Source: a virus (Duplodnaviria; Heunggongvirae; Uroviricota; Caudoviricetes). From it: a stretch of DNA of 64,000 nucleotides. Under the pieces are notes generated by a model. That model did no database searches and had not been told where the DNA came from. It worked only from the letters and a program-made list of their open reading frames with translations. The position numbers and the translations under genes were made by a program. Where the stretch lies: positions 12,794 to 76,793 of IMG/VR virus record IMGVR_UViG_3300029850_000274; one strand, 5' to 3'. Of this stretch, positions 30,059 through 41,509 are shown piece after piece; within the stretch, counting starts at the first letter, position 1, and each line of letters begins with the position of its first letter.

Positions 30059-31793
30059 TTAGTCAGCAGCGCAGTAATTCATGTACACATAGTCAAGCCT
30101 GCCCCCGCAATTCAAGAAAGCAAAACCAGCATCCGAAGCATCATATAAGCAACCGCCCTGTATATATTCTCTTGTTCCAAATGTGAAATTTCCTCCTGCG
30201 CATACAAAGTCTGCAAATCCCTGACTATTTCCAGCCCCCTGTGAGCAAGGATACCAAACACCATTTTTGATATCGATGTCTCCAACCCAGTAATTGAATT
30301 CTCCCTCATTTGAATTAACAGGGATATTACCGATAAGAGTATAATTTTTCTTAATATCTACTTCTGTTATTGTGTGTTTTACACCTTTGGGAGCGACATA
30401 CACATCTTTGCTATAATCGCTTTTAAATATCATTACAGTATTAGAAGCAATCATACACCCACCAACAGAATATTCACGCCCTTGAACACGATATGGATAT
30501 TTACCATTTGCGTTAGAAATCATTGATCCATCATGCTTTCCAATAACATTATCAGTTGTACCAGAATACCATGTCGTATTCACCAAATACTTAGATTCAT
30601 CAGAATCTGATTCTACTGTACTAATAAAATCTTTGTTTTTTACATCTAAATATATTGCGGTATTATTATTATCAATAGTTTCAATTTTAATAACCTTGGT
30701 TGGCGCAATATCAACAGCAATGCCACCATCACTTCCTTGATGAGCAACATACACTGGGGTACCAACAACCAAGCCAGACACATCTTCACTTGTAACAACA
30801 TACACTGATTCTCCTGTGGTTTTTATCGATACTGAAGCCGCAACATCATAATCAGTACATCCCGTAAATAAACTCTGAGAATTTTTTGTTGCACCTTTAA
30901 TTAGTATAAAAATAATCTGGAATGTATTTCTTTCAGCTCCAGCGCCCCAATAACCAGCACCCTTTTTCTGATAATTTGTAATCATATTCTCATATGATGT
31001 ATTTTCTTCTGGTTGTCTATCTGGCAAAGACCTTAATAATCCATTATCTCCAATAGACGAAACATACTTACTTCCAATACACCAAGGCAATACAGTACCA
31101 TCTGCCTGCAAACATTCATTCCAAGGATGCAACACAATATCAGTTCTTAAAGTATGGGGCATATCTGAGATTGTTACATCAATATATCCTTCTTCGGCAT
31201 TAGTCTCAAAATTATAATAAAAACTTGGCTGAATAACTCCAACATCGACATTACCTGTTGTTGTATATCCATCCTCTCCCTCGATAGCAGTAGGATAAGC
31301 AGTGCCATCTGCATTTCTTTTATAATTACAGTTATACCATTCAAAAAGAGGATGTTCTCCGTTCAAATAATCATCTTTTCCTTCAACAGTGTCCGTACTA
31401 GGTTCATATTGTAATCCTGCGTTATCTAATAATTTTGTACCTTCACAAGTAGGATTCTTTGCAAATGTATAAAATCTTGTTCTATAAATCTTTCCCGTTC
31501 TACGCAAGTCAAAGAAATCTCCAACAGTTTCTGCGTGTGGCGTATTATGTAACACATCATATAATACGGACTTGTCGCACTTATCTGTATCTAATTTTTC
31601 AATTACCTTATTTAATGCATCGTGTTCTGTCTTTGCCTTTTCAGTTGTTTCTGCACCGATTGATTCTGCTGTGATTGGATTATCTTTCAAGTATTGTTTA
31701 ATGGCTGCGCTAATATCTGCACTTAGAGCCACTGCCACCGCCATACTTTGAAATCATTTTCTTCATCAGAGCAATAGTAGTTGCGTCTATCAT
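30059..31793 (-). CDS. Virion fibre-like protein with an apparent frameshift near 31724
   Basis: 561-aa frame from 31744 has no RBS; the RBS-supported ATG at 31793 is one base out of frame. Confidence 0.55.
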
Positions 31794-31990
31794 GATTCAG
31801 CTCCTATCCATTTTTTATTTTCTTCATCATAGAAATACACATCTAATGTATCTATGCAAGTAAAAGTGCTACCATTTTTAATAGCCACACCTTCAGGTGT
31901 CTCACCAATTGGCTTTACATCAGTGGACAAACCATCTAATTGTACTTTGATTAAATTTGGCGTATCGCCAATATGTGAAATTGTTACCAT
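31790..31990 (-). CDS. Small virion-module protein (66 aa)
   Basis: GAGGTG RBS; GLSTDVKP..NGSTF..DT..YDEE..W motif. Confidence 0.65.
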   Translation of the reverse strand: MVTISHIGDTPNLIKVQLDGLSTDVKPIGETPEGVAIKNGSTFTCIDTLDVYFYDEENKKWIGAES

Positions 31991-32060
31991 TTAACACCTC
32001 GTCTAGTAAATAAAAGTAAAATTTGATTGTTACAATACAGATCATATTGATCTGATAAAT

Positions 32061-32471
32061 TTATTTAAATCTTTTTGCAAATGCCTGTTCAGCGTATTGT
32101 TGAGCTTTTTGCTCTGTACGTTGCCAGAATCCAGAAGTTAATACAATACCAGATCCCCCAGATTCCGCTTCTGAAAAGACGTGAGGAGTAGAATAAGTTC
32201 CAGTATTATAATTGTATCCCTGATCAAGATACACGGTGGCACTAACAGAATCTCCGCCACCAACAACGCCAGTTGTTCTTGCAGAGTTTTTCATCTGATA
32301 TGTTCTTACATATCCACCTTGCTCTGGAGGTATTGGTTCTCCATCTGCATAAGAAGCAGTAAGCTCTTGATTGGCTGTTAAGAACGTTTTACTCTCAGCT
32401 TCGCTTACGGCATCACGCATTTCGTTCTGGATTTGTCTCCATAACCCAGCCATTGCACCCATGTTTCCCAT
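32061..32471 (-). CDS. Putative tail completion/neck protein
   Basis: 136 aa, YVRTY motif, position in tail module. Confidence 0.45.
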   Translation of the reverse strand: MGNMGAMAGLWRQIQNEMRDAVSEAESKTFLTANQELTASYADGEPIPPEQGGYVRTYQMKNSARTTGVVGGGDSVSATVYLDQGYNYNTGTYSTPHVFSEAESGGSGIVLTSGFWQRTEQKAQQYAEQAFAKRFK

Positions 32472-32480
32472 GAGATCACC

Positions 32481-33161
32481 TTACTTTCTGTCAATAGAAA
32501 CTACATTATTATTGACTGCATCAGCGGCACCCTGTTTAATTGCTTCAAGTGCATCAATTCTATTTTTCTGAAAATCATCAGATTCAACAACAGCTTTTGT
32601 AATGTCTTCGGCAGTAAAGTCAAAGCCATGATCTGCAAAATACTGCATCATCTTCTGAGTTACTTCTGGATCAGCTTTGGCAAATACTTCATTAATATAT
32701 TCAAGAGCAGGTGCTAAAGCCACGACAGATTCTACTAAATCGTCAACACCTTCGACCTTGAAATTCACATCTTTGCTGTCAAGTTTAATATCAACCGCAC
32801 TTGCAATTAACTGCTGTTTGATGTAGTCACATTTTTCATCAATTGCAGTTAACATATCTTTAAACTGTACTTTGTTAATATCATTTTCATCAACAAATTC
32901 GTCAACATTAATATCTGAAGCAAGTGTATATAATTCATCAATACCAATGCTTTCTAAATCCACGTTTCCATAAAATTTGATAATATTCATCTTGATTCCC
33001 ATAAGTTTGCTCAGTGGATCGTAGTCCATACTGGATGCCCCATTTTCATCCTGAGTTACTGGGAAAGCAGAAGCGACAACCGCCTCAACGAAATCATTTG
33101 CCTCAAATCTATTTAAAGACCCATCTTCATAATGTCTTGTTTCAAAAGCGATTTTACCCAT
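32481..33161 (-). CDS. Hypothetical acidic protein, possible tail assembly chaperone
   Basis: 226-aa ORF with RBS in operon. Confidence 0.5.
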   Translation of the reverse strand: MGKIAFETRHYEDGSLNRFEANDFVEAVVASAFPVTQDENGASSMDYDPLSKLMGIKMNIIKFYGNVDLESIGIDELYTLASDINVDEFVDENDINKVQFKDMLTAIDEKCDYIKQQLIASAVDIKLDSKDVNFKVEGVDDLVESVVALAPALEYINEVFAKADPEVTQKMMQYFADHGFDFTAEDITKAVVESDDFQKNRIDALEAIKQGAADAVNNNVVSIDRK

Positions 33162-33165
33162 AAAA

Positions 33166-33702
33166 TTATTTCTCCATTTCTCTATTTAACTTCTCAATCA
33201 ATTCAGATACATGATATCTGTAATTAATTTTCAATTTTCGACTATTAACAATGATTGGATTGAATTTTTTTAAATCCTTTTCGTTGAATGATTTCTTATC
33301 CATAGAAGCAATCATTCTGTCAAAATCATTGATGTGTTGAAAATATGTAGTTTCCATGTTATTTTTCTTTCTAAAATTAAATAAAAACCCTGCGATCATA
33401 TTTTTGTAACCTACAAATTCTCTTAAACCTTTAATCTGATGATAATGAATCACGCCTTTCTCTTCTTTGGTACGTTCAAAAGAAATAGAAGAAGTGCCAA
33501 CACTTTTCAATTCCAATGCATACATATAAGGAGAGTAAAATAAGAAACAATCGCAAGGATTCTTACTTGAAAATCTTAAATTACTACAACCACCAAAAGA
33601 TTGTGCTTGATCTTTTAAACGATAGTAGAATATGTCTGAAGGAATACTGGCTTTCCAATTTTCTTCAAATCTCTTACCAACATTCTTTGCCAATCTATTC
33701 AC
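33166..33702 (-). CDS. RecU-like Holliday junction resolvase
   Basis: GKRFE..YRLKD..NPCD..ALELKS..HQI motifs. Confidence 0.75.
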   Translation of the reverse strand: MNRLAKNVGKRFEENWKASIPSDIFYYRLKDQAQSFGGCSNLRFSSKNPCDCFLFYSPYMYALELKSVGTSSISFERTKEEKGVIHYHQIKGLREFVGYKNMIAGFLFNFRKKNNMETTYFQHINDFDRMIASMDKKSFNEKDLKKFNPIIVNSRKLKINYRYHVSELIEKLNREMEK

Positions 33703-34012
33703 CTACCTGATATTTATCGTTAATATATTTTCTATAATCAACATATAGTCTGTATGTATCTTTTTTTGGATACCAGAACGCCATAATATCTGCACGTTCA
33801 GATGGATAGACCAGAAGTGGTTGTACGCCATGTTCCACATAGAACTTAACCTGTGCCAAACTTGTAACAGGAATGAGTTTTGTATCTTTATAGGCTTCCT
33901 GCAACTGCTCAGGCGTTGTAATTTCTGAATTCAATAAATACACCCTTTCTTTTAAAATCGTAAAAAATAGGGAAGAAAACAAAAAAATCATATAATCCAA
34001 TTTGTGAACCAT
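33695..34012 (-). CDS. Hypothetical protein (start probably at internal TTG)
   Basis: ORF overlapping the RecU-like gene start. Confidence 0.5.
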   Translation of the reverse strand: MVHKLDYMIFLFSSLFFTILKERVYLLNSEITTPEQLQEAYKDTKLIPVTSLAQVKFYVEHGVQPLLVYPSERADIMAFWYPKKDTYRLYVDYRKYINDKYQVGE

Positions 34013-34159
34013 ATTAAAGTTTTGTTCTCTTCCCTATCTTCTAACTAAAATGTAAAACTATAATATGATTACTGCAATATTTTTTCATGTTCAATATTCC
34101 AAGTTAATACACTACTGATTAGTATAAACTAACCAGTAGTGATAAATAATATCCTTAAA

Positions 34160-34912
34160 TTAAGCTAAAGACTTGATCTGATAAATATCTACAAATTCAT
34201 CATCTGCATCTGTCATCAGGTCAAATGTGATCTTCAGTGTAATAGGATCTCCCTCAGCTGCGAAAGCTAATTCGATATTTCTCTGAGGAGTAGCTTTGTA
34301 GCAAGTGATATGTAATGGTGTTACAACTCCTTGCTCAGATTTCTGGTTGATTTCTGCGTCAACTCTGAAATCAGCTAATTCCTGATTATCGTTAATCTTA
34401 ACTAACTGAAGTGTAGAGTCATTTACGATATAAGATACATCGTATTTCTTACCAACAACGATATCGCTATCTGTTGTAGCTGTGAATACTTTTGCTGCTG
34501 CACTTCCTTCGATCTGTGTTCCACCAACATCACCTTTTTCGTAAACGAATAAAGCTCCTGCTTTTGGATCATCTGGTAATGTAAGTTTTCCTGCTTCTGT
34601 AGCAGTGATCGTCTTCATTTCTGCACGATCTCCACCTTCTGTAATTGTACCGTTACCAAAGATAGAGAATAACTCAAATGGATATACCTGAATTTCTGAT
34701 TCAAGTGTTCCTTCCATTGGGTTGGCAAATGTTACAGCATCTCTACCTCTCTTTTTAGCTTTTACAGAATCTGCTGTAATATTTAATGTTACTGTATTAG
34801 CATAATCAACTCTTAAAGCCTTTTTGCTTGTAGCTAAGTTAGTTAACTCAAATACACCGCAGTCACGGCTTGCATATTTCTTACTAGCTGCCATTTTGTC
34901 ACATCCTTTCAT
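34160..34912 (-). CDS. Major tail (tube) protein
   Basis: ~245 aa, C-terminal AAEGDPITLKITFDL, flanked by terminator hairpins, synteny. Confidence 0.7.
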   Translation of the reverse strand: MKGCDKMAASKKYASRDCGVFELTNLATSKKALRVDYANTVTLNITADSVKAKKRGRDAVTFANPMEGTLESEIQVYPFELFSIFGNGTITEGGDRAEMKTITATEAGKLTLPDDPKAGALFVYEKGDVGGTQIEGSAAAKVFTATTDSDIVVGKKYDVSYIVNDSTLQLVKINDNQELADFRVDAEINQKSEQGVVTPLHITCYKATPQRNIELAFAAEGDPITLKITFDLMTDADDEFVDIYQIKSLA

Positions 34913-34960
34913 TAGAATTTTTAAATTTTAGTATTAAAAAAAGACCCATAAAGATAGGTC

Positions 34961-35776
34961 TTATTTTTCTTCTTTAAGATTTTTCAAATATGAATCTTCT
35001 TTAAAGTCACTACCTTCAGTTCCCCAGACACTGGCATTAAGAGCCATGATTTGATAATTTCTATCAATTAGAATTCTTTGAAAGTTATCATATAATTGAG
35101 GAATTGTTAGTTGCCCTACGTTAGTAAAATTAATACTTGGGTGATACGCACATACGACAGAGATAATATTACCGATATCATATTTTGGATCTTGTTTATC
35201 TAAGTTTTTTCCACGAGTACGTTTAGCTTTTGCCTTATCACGTCTACGTTGCATTTGGATAACAACAGGATCTTTTTGTTTTGATAATTCTTCGGACACT
35301 GTGCGTTCATTGTTGATATTTGAAATTTGCATCAGAATATGTAATACATCATCAAAGATTTCTCGATCAATAACCCCGACAACCTGTGATTCGATTTCTC
35401 CAGTTTCTTCGTTCTCATGTGTTTTTAAGATCTCAAATCTTTTTTCTCTTAATTTATACACAACATCTTCGACAAAATAAAAACAAAATGCTCTCACATA
35501 AATCCGTATAACATCTGTGTTTTCTGATACCAAATCAAATAATTTAACATCTGTTCGTTCTTCATAAGGTAATGCCAAAAAAGCATCATATTTATCTGGC
35601 AGGAGAGCAGAGTAGTAGCTGTCTACTGTCAATGTCATATAGCTGGCATATTGCATCCATAGCCCTTCACCAATTCTCCTACGATCACTGATTTTAGGTG
35701 GCTGAATATGCCCAATTCCAACAGGTATTGGTTCGCTTGACAGTAGCTGTGAATAAGTAAGTTTTACGTCACTCAC
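34961..35776 (-). CDS. Hypothetical tail-module protein
   Basis: 271 aa, overlaps upstream gene stop. Confidence 0.55.
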   Translation of the reverse strand: MSDVKLTYSQLLSSEPIPVGIGHIQPPKISDRRRIGEGLWMQYASYMTLTVDSYYSALLPDKYDAFLALPYEERTDVKLFDLVSENTDVIRIYVRAFCFYFVEDVVYKLREKRFEILKTHENEETGEIESQVVGVIDREIFDDVLHILMQISNINNERTVSEELSKQKDPVVIQMQRRRDKAKAKRTRGKNLDKQDPKYDIGNIISVVCAYHPSINFTNVGQLTIPQLYDNFQRILIDRNYQIMALNASVWGTEGSDFKEDSYLKNLKEEK

Positions 35777-36375
35777 TTACAAAGCAACTCCATATTTATA
35801 TCATCAATCCGATACACCATTGTCCTGCCATAAAAGTTAGTGTTCGGTTTAAAAGACTGTAATTGGCTTGTACGACTATCTAACCTCATAGCCCCGATAC
35901 CAAATGAGTCTTTGATTGATTCGTCAGTTAAGGCAAGATTGATTGCTTGACAAATCATATCTAAACGATTGCCAGCGTATCCTTTTTCACGCCATTCTGA
36001 CATTTCATCATCATCTAGTTTGATAACATCCCTATGACATACGACATTGATAACCAATGTGTAATCAATAATAGATGTTGATGTACTAGGATATGTTTCC
36101 ATTAAGATAATAGATCGTGTATCTGTAATGGTTTCATCCATATATGGGACATCTTTGCAATGTCCTAATAAACGATTGTCTTTCACTTGCCCATGTATAT
36201 TTTCGCCAATTTTGCATCCAAACCAATTATCCTCGAAAGAATAATCCTCATCATCAAGATATGGCATAGCAAGAGTGTTGACATCGTCATTTGTCATTAA
36301 AATATTTCCTACGGCTTCTTTGATCAATCCAAGCGAAACCAGAGGATTTTCCATCATTTTTTCTGTTTTCGTCAT
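35773..36375 (-). CDS. Putative tail terminator/neck protein
   Basis: 200 aa, GNRLDMI motif, synteny. Confidence 0.5.
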   Translation of the reverse strand: MTKTEKMMENPLVSLGLIKEAVGNILMTNDDVNTLAMPYLDDEDYSFEDNWFGCKIGENIHGQVKDNRLLGHCKDVPYMDETITDTRSIILMETYPSTSTSIIDYTLVINVVCHRDVIKLDDDEMSEWREKGYAGNRLDMICQAINLALTDESIKDSFGIGAMRLDSRTSQLQSFKPNTNFYGRTMVYRIDDINMELLCK

Positions 36376-36385
36376 TGAATTTCAC

Positions 36386-37450
36386 CTATGTAAGACTTTC
36401 TATAGTTATTTCAATAGAAGCAGTAGAAGAAGTTCTATCTTTTGCAGATAATTTCAAGATGATTTTCTGACCAACTAATGCAGAATTTGACACAGAGATT
36501 CCAATGTTTGAACCAGTTTCTTCTATATTAATGGAGTCTTTTAATTCACATTCAAGATCCCATTGAGGATCTTTTGTAACTATGTTTCCATCTAAGTCTT
36601 TAAAAGAAGCGGTAAATGTAGATTTCTTTCCTACAAAAACTTTCTTGTATCTATACTTAATAGTAGCAGTACATGTCTGTTCTACAGTTGGAACATCTGG
36701 CTGTTCTGGTTTCTCTGGCTGCGTTGGTTCAGGATCTTTTTTAGGCTCAAAGTAATCACATAATCGCAAGTCTTTTCTGTCTTTCGCTGGGTTAAATTCA
36801 TCTTTATCAACGATAAAAGATAATACACCACCATGTTCAGTACCAAAATGATATAAAACATTATCATCACGAGTGAATGTAAATACGTCATTTGGAACTT
36901 CACGAATATCAAGAAATACTCTTTTTCCATCAAGCCCAAGAGTATCATCGTCTTGCGGTACAATTACCGTATAGTTATTTGACCCAACAAATATAATATT
37001 GTTACCTGTTTTACCAACATCATATTTAGATGCCGATTGATAATAAGCCCATCTTTCATGGATATTACCGTCTGCATCTTGCCATTTTACAGTAGACTGA
37101 CACAACTTCATTGTTGTTTTTTCAAATACACCACATTGTCCAGGTCTTCCGTCTATGATCCAGTAATTATTCTCAAAATATACATACATTCCTGCTTTGG
37201 AAGTATTACATGGGAATAGTACAGTTCTCTGCATAGTTTTTAATGCGGTATCAGAATCATTATCTTGAACCACACATCGGATAGTCGTTCTTTCTGATAA
37301 ATCAGAGTTACATAATTCAACCGTAGAAGCAATGTCTGTATCTAAGATCTCTGCAAATTCATCATCTTTATAATCGTTATATGCATCATTTTCATAACCG
37401 CCCGTTAAGTTAGGTCGTGTATTAGGTGTTATTAAATACCAATCTTGCAT
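36386..37450 (-). CDS. Putative head closure protein with C-terminal Ig-like domain
   Basis: 354 aa, beta-rich, Pro-rich linker, synteny. Confidence 0.5.
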   Translation of the reverse strand: MQDWYLITPNTRPNLTGGYENDAYNDYKDDEFAEILDTDIASTVELCNSDLSERTTIRCVVQDNDSDTALKTMQRTVLFPCNTSKAGMYVYFENNYWIIDGRPGQCGVFEKTTMKLCQSTVKWQDADGNIHERWAYYQSASKYDVGKTGNNIIFVGSNNYTVIVPQDDDTLGLDGKRVFLDIREVPNDVFTFTRDDNVLYHFGTEHGGVLSFIVDKDEFNPAKDRKDLRLCDYFEPKKDPEPTQPEKPEQPDVPTVEQTCTATIKYRYKKVFVGKKSTFTASFKDLDGNIVTKDPQWDLECELKDSINIEETGSNIGISVSNSALVGQKIILKLSAKDRTSSTASIEITIESLT

Positions 37451-37462
37451 TTATCGCACCTC

Positions 37463-37858
37463 CTATGTATAAGCGGTAGGTTTCTGATTGTTTGTCATTT
37501 TTTCAGCATTATATTTAATAGCATCAAGCTCATTCTTTGCTGAAGTTTTTGACCCATTATTTCCATCAATACTTAATTCTTTTGTTACAATACTCACTCG
37601 TTTATTTACAAGAGAGTAGTAACGCTCCTGATAATATTGATGCATATATTCTGCCATTGTATCTATGACATATTGATCAAGATCTTCTGAAAATTCTTTT
37701 GTTTCTACATCGAATGTAAGATCATCAATTTCCATAGAATATCTTGCAATTGCCTTTTTTAGCCATTGAAAAACTAAAGAGTCTGGCAGAGGCGTTTTAT
37801 CTGCAAATGTAGATTCAAAACTTTGAATTACATCATCTGCGGTTGTCATTATAATCAC
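37463..37858 (-). CDS. Putative head-tail adaptor
   Basis: 131-aa helical protein downstream of capsid. Confidence 0.5.
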   Translation of the reverse strand: MIIMTTADDVIQSFESTFADKTPLPDSLVFQWLKKAIARYSMEIDDLTFDVETKEFSEDLDQYVIDTMAEYMHQYYQERYYSLVNKRVSIVTKELSIDGNNGSKTSAKNELDAIKYNAEKMTNNQKPTAYT

Positions 37859-37865
37859 CTACATC

Positions 37866-38363
37866 CTATTTCATTTTGTGTCCTGTATAGTTTTCAATGA
37901 ATCGAATTTTTTCGTAATCGTTATAATTACCTTTTTTAATCATCATCATGACAGCTGATTTTTCAGCACTTGTGACAATATACTCAGAAACTTTGTCCTT
38001 AAATGTTTTTGACATCCCTTTATAGGCAAATAATTTTGCTACTAATTCAGGCGTTAAAATTTTCTGAACTTTCTTTTCTTTTTTATTGTCAAAGTCTAAC
38101 TCTTCACGAGTATCAGCGTCTTCAATATATAATGTTGCATGAGAGCCAACACCATCAATTCCAGTAAAAAGCATATTCCCGTTCTGCACCTGTGAGATTA
38201 CTTCTCCACGAGATAAACGGGTAGTACCATTTGGTGTGATTGTTACATCTCCTGTGGATTCAATTCGCTGAAATCCTGTTGTCCAATTGGCAAGGCTGCG
38301 TACTGTAATTTTTGTTTCCATGCTTAACTCTTTTACAACTTCCGTATTTTCCATCTCTTTCAA
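37866..38363 (-). CDS. Hypothetical head-module protein
   Basis: 165-aa ORF in operon. Confidence 0.55.
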   Translation of the reverse strand: MKEMENTEVVKELSMETKITVRSLANWTTGFQRIESTGDVTITPNGTTRLSRGEVISQVQNGNMLFTGIDGVGSHATLYIEDADTREELDFDNKKEKKVQKILTPELVAKLFAYKGMSKTFKDKVSEYIVTSAEKSAVMMMIKKGNYNDYEKIRFIENYTGHKMK

Positions 38364-38392
38364 TTATTTATCCTTTCACAACTAATTATCGT

Positions 38393-38575
38393 TTACTTGA
38401 ATTTGTATTTTACAGAATTATACAATTCAATCTTTTCATCTAAATCTTTCGACTTTTGGAATGTCCAATAACGTACACCAGTATTTTTGTTGATGTTAGA
38501 AGAAATATAACTTTCGCCTAACCCCATTAAAAAATAGTGTAGTTTTTTGGAATAGCAAAAGTAAATATCGTTCAT
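38393..38575 (-). CDS. Small DUF5659-like protein
   Basis: FCYSKKLHYFL..G..Y...N..T...YWTF..S..L pattern; AGAGG RBS. Confidence 0.5.
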   Translation of the reverse strand: MNDIYFCYSKKLHYFLMGLGESYISSNINKNTGVRYWTFQKSKDLDEKIELYNSVKYKFK

Positions 38576-38687
38576 GGTCTATGTCCTCTATTTAACTAAT
38601 TAATTGCAAAGATATACAGAATTACCATATATCTTTGCAAATAAAAAAGACCCATAAGGTCTACATTTCTTCAACTATTTACGAATT

Positions 38688-39791
38688 CTAGTAAGTACCA
38701 AGTTCTGTTGACAGTTTCTTGTCTCCAAGTAAACCAATCATATATTCTCTGCCTGGAGCAACTAAAGCACCAACTTCAAGGTCATATCTTGTGATTAACT
38801 GACCTGTTGATACGTCTGTTCCAGAAATAGATGTTAATCCGCCTCTTGTTACTGTATAGATTGGAGACTGTCCACCAGCAGGAATTACATATCCGAGTCC
38901 CTGTGGTAATACTGTCTGGAAGTCTGTTCCAGCTGCATTCATCAGAGAAGTATCATATGGGTTTGGTAATTCAGAAACAACTGCACCATTGTACATTCCC
39001 ATTAATCCTGTATCGTGGATTTCTTTCATAACGGCTTCAGAGATACCTGTAACAGCAGGTGTTGTTCCCTGATATCCTGCGAATGCATTAAGCTGAGAAA
39101 CTAAAGCATAATCACCAGTGATAGTTGGTTTTCCAAAACGTCTTACAGGTGTGATAACTCCATCAACACCAGTTTTTGTTAATCCGTCTCCCTCGAAGAA
39201 GTATTTAACTCCATCTGCATGTTTGATTGCTTTGTAGATTGTTTCTACAACATAAGCAGCAGCTTTGTTTCTGATTTGAATAGCGATCTGATTCTTTAAC
39301 TCGTTTTCATCGCTCATGTCACCAATAGCAGCTTTTCTATAATCTACTGCATAACCAGCAGAAATAGCTACTGTAGCGATAGGTGTTCTTTTCTTTCTGA
39401 TTACTGGGAAGTTAACATCCTGACCTAAAGCCTGTTTGTTTGCTGGGTTTCCAACAAATTCTGGGATTTCAACTTCGCAAGAATCGTTATATCCGATTGC
39501 TTTATAATTTCCATAGATGCTTAATAATTTAGCTTCTTGAAGAATCTGAGGTTCCATTGAGAAACGTCTGATTTCATTTAATTCAGAAACTGCTGATAAA
39601 TCACCAGCAGAAGCTTTACTATTTAATTCTTTAATATAATTAGCAGCCTGATCTGCTTTTCTTCCGAAAGGTGCTAAGTCTTTTCCGTCTCTCATTGCAG
39701 AGAAAATTTCTACTACAGGAGATTTTGTAGACACACGACCGCTTGCAAAGTTCGCATCCTTACGTTCGTTGTTTAATTCAAATGTATACAT
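38688..39791 (-). CDS. Major capsid protein
   Basis: 367 aa, AAGGAGG RBS, follows protease/scaffold and decoration genes, terminator after. Confidence 0.8.
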   Translation of the reverse strand: MYTFELNNERKDANFASGRVSTKSPVVEIFSAMRDGKDLAPFGRKADQAANYIKELNSKASAGDLSAVSELNEIRRFSMEPQILQEAKLLSIYGNYKAIGYNDSCEVEIPEFVGNPANKQALGQDVNFPVIRKKRTPIATVAISAGYAVDYRKAAIGDMSDENELKNQIAIQIRNKAAAYVVETIYKAIKHADGVKYFFEGDGLTKTGVDGVITPVRRFGKPTITGDYALVSQLNAFAGYQGTTPAVTGISEAVMKEIHDTGLMGMYNGAVVSELPNPYDTSLMNAAGTDFQTVLPQGLGYVIPAGGQSPIYTVTRGGLTSISGTDVSTGQLITRYDLEVGALVAPGREYMIGLLGDKKLSTELGTY

Positions 39792-39817
39792 TTATACTAT
39801 CCTCCTTTTTCAATTAA

Positions 39818-40258
39818 CTATTTTGATACTGACTGTGTAGCTGGAGCAGAAGCAACAACTCCTACAACAATGCCTTTGTGATTTCCAATAATTTCAGTTA
39901 CTTCTACATATGGTGCGGCAGTAGCTCCTTTAACAAGATCCCCTGTTGCTGTAGATTTTAACTTGTCACCTTTAGCCACCCCAGTAGGAATCTGTTTTCC
40001 ATAAATTTCAAGTTCTTTTCCATCTAATTTATCAAGATCTAAAACTCTTAAATCTGATCCTTTTGCGATAAAGTATTTGTCTAAACCTTCGTCATCACCA
40101 ACTTCAATATTCATTACTACCTGTTTAGCGTTAGCGGCTAAAGCAAATGTACCTTCTGTTACTGTTCCAAAATCGCCATTATAAACATCTGTTCCTGCAA
40201 CAGCTTTTACATATGGGTATAATTTCTCGATTTCAGAAATATTGCGGAATTTAATCAT
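39818..40258 (-). CDS. Capsid decoration/cement protein
   Basis: 146 aa, Ala/Gly/Val-rich, between scaffold and capsid. Confidence 0.6.
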   Translation of the reverse strand: MIKFRNISEIEKLYPYVKAVAGTDVYNGDFGTVTEGTFALAANAKQVVMNIEVGDDEGLDKYFIAKGSDLRVLDLDKLDGKELEIYGKQIPTGVAKGDKLKSTATGDLVKGATAAPYVEVTEIIGNHKGIVVGVVASAPATQSVSK

Positions 40259-40276
40259 TTTTATCTATCCTCCTTA

Positions 40277-41509
40277 TTAAAAAATACTTACATCTTCGTC
40301 ATTATCATCAACTTCGATAGATTCACATACCTCAGAAAAGATGTCTTCAACTTTTTCTGAATTTGTTTCTGCTGTAGGCTCTGTGGCAGATGCCTGCTTC
40401 TCAGCTGCTTTCTGCTGCGCTACAATATTCATGCAAATCTTAGATTTGATAGAGTTAACTTCAGAAGCAATTTCGTTTAACTCGTCAATATTTTCGCAAG
40501 AGTTAATATCAGATTTTAATTTGTCGATATCTTCTTTTGCGACAGCTTTTTCGTCTTCATTGAACTCGCTTAAAGCTTCGTCAACTTCACCTAATTTTTC
40601 TGCAACTTTAGCTTTTGCAATTTCTTTTCTAAGAATTTCGATCTGTTCCCATGCTGTCTCATTCTCTGTCTTTGTGTCTTCAAGAGCTTTCTGTAATTTT
40701 TCGACACTTGCATTAAGTTCGGAAATCTTTACATCCTTTTCTGCGATAACAGAATCTTTCTGTTCAATCACGGAATTCTGCTCAGAAATTTTCTCTTCTA
40801 ATGCAGATTCTTTGGAATTGATTTCAGAAATTGTTTCTTTGATAGCAGAAGTGATTTCTTTCATATCAATTGTTCCGTCCATTTTCTGTTTGTCCTCCTT
40901 GTTTTGATTTTCGTTTAATTCCAATACAATAGAAGAAGTATCAGCTGGGTTCATTACCATGTCCCAACCAGAGTGAATGAATTCCACAGGGATTCTCCCT
41001 GTTTCTCTCCATCCATTCATATAAACAATTCCTGTATTACCTTTTGCTTTGAAAATTTCTACGCTACCTTCTACGGCAACGCCATTGTTAAGATCTTCTT
41101 CAAGATTTGCAACGAATTCTGGATAACACATTTCATCAAGATATCCTTCACCGCATACACATCTCTTTGTTTCACCTTCGTAATCAATGTCGTCAATATA
41201 GCCTCTTGTAAAATGTCCAACAACACTTGCATTTCTAAATGTTATTAAGCCATCTTCGTTGACACCAGTTTCTCCGTGACCGCAGATTATTGTTCTGTTT
41301 TCATCTAAAAATTCAACACGAACGCTCATGTCTGTGATACTGCCGAGTTGTGGCGCACAATATTCCTCTAAAAAGGTAATTCCATTTTTGTTGTATTTTG
41401 TTCCGATACCATTTTCTACTGATTCAGGAGGCTGTAATTCGTACAATACGGCTTTAAATGGTCTGCGCCCATTTTTGTATTTCTTTTCAGATAACTCTAC
41501 GATTGCCAT
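40277..41509 (-). CDS. Prohead protease / scaffold
   Basis: Start MAIVEL after AAGGAGG; GHG and GSVEI motifs, acidic coiled-coil C-terminus. Confidence 0.7.
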   Translation of the reverse strand: MAIVELSEKKYKNGRRPFKAVLYELQPPESVENGIGTKYNKNGITFLEEYCAPQLGSITDMSVRVEFLDENRTIICGHGETGVNEDGLITFRNASVVGHFTRGYIDDIDYEGETKRCVCGEGYLDEMCYPEFVANLEEDLNNGVAVEGSVEIFKAKGNTGIVYMNGWRETGRIPVEFIHSGWDMVMNPADTSSIVLELNENQNKEDKQKMDGTIDMKEITSAIKETISEINSKESALEEKISEQNSVIEQKDSVIAEKDVKISELNASVEKLQKALEDTKTENETAWEQIEILRKEIAKAKVAEKLGEVDEALSEFNEDEKAVAKEDIDKLKSDINSCENIDELNEIASEVNSIKSKICMNIVAQQKAAEKQASATEPTAETNSEKVEDIFSEVCESIEVDDNDEDVSIF

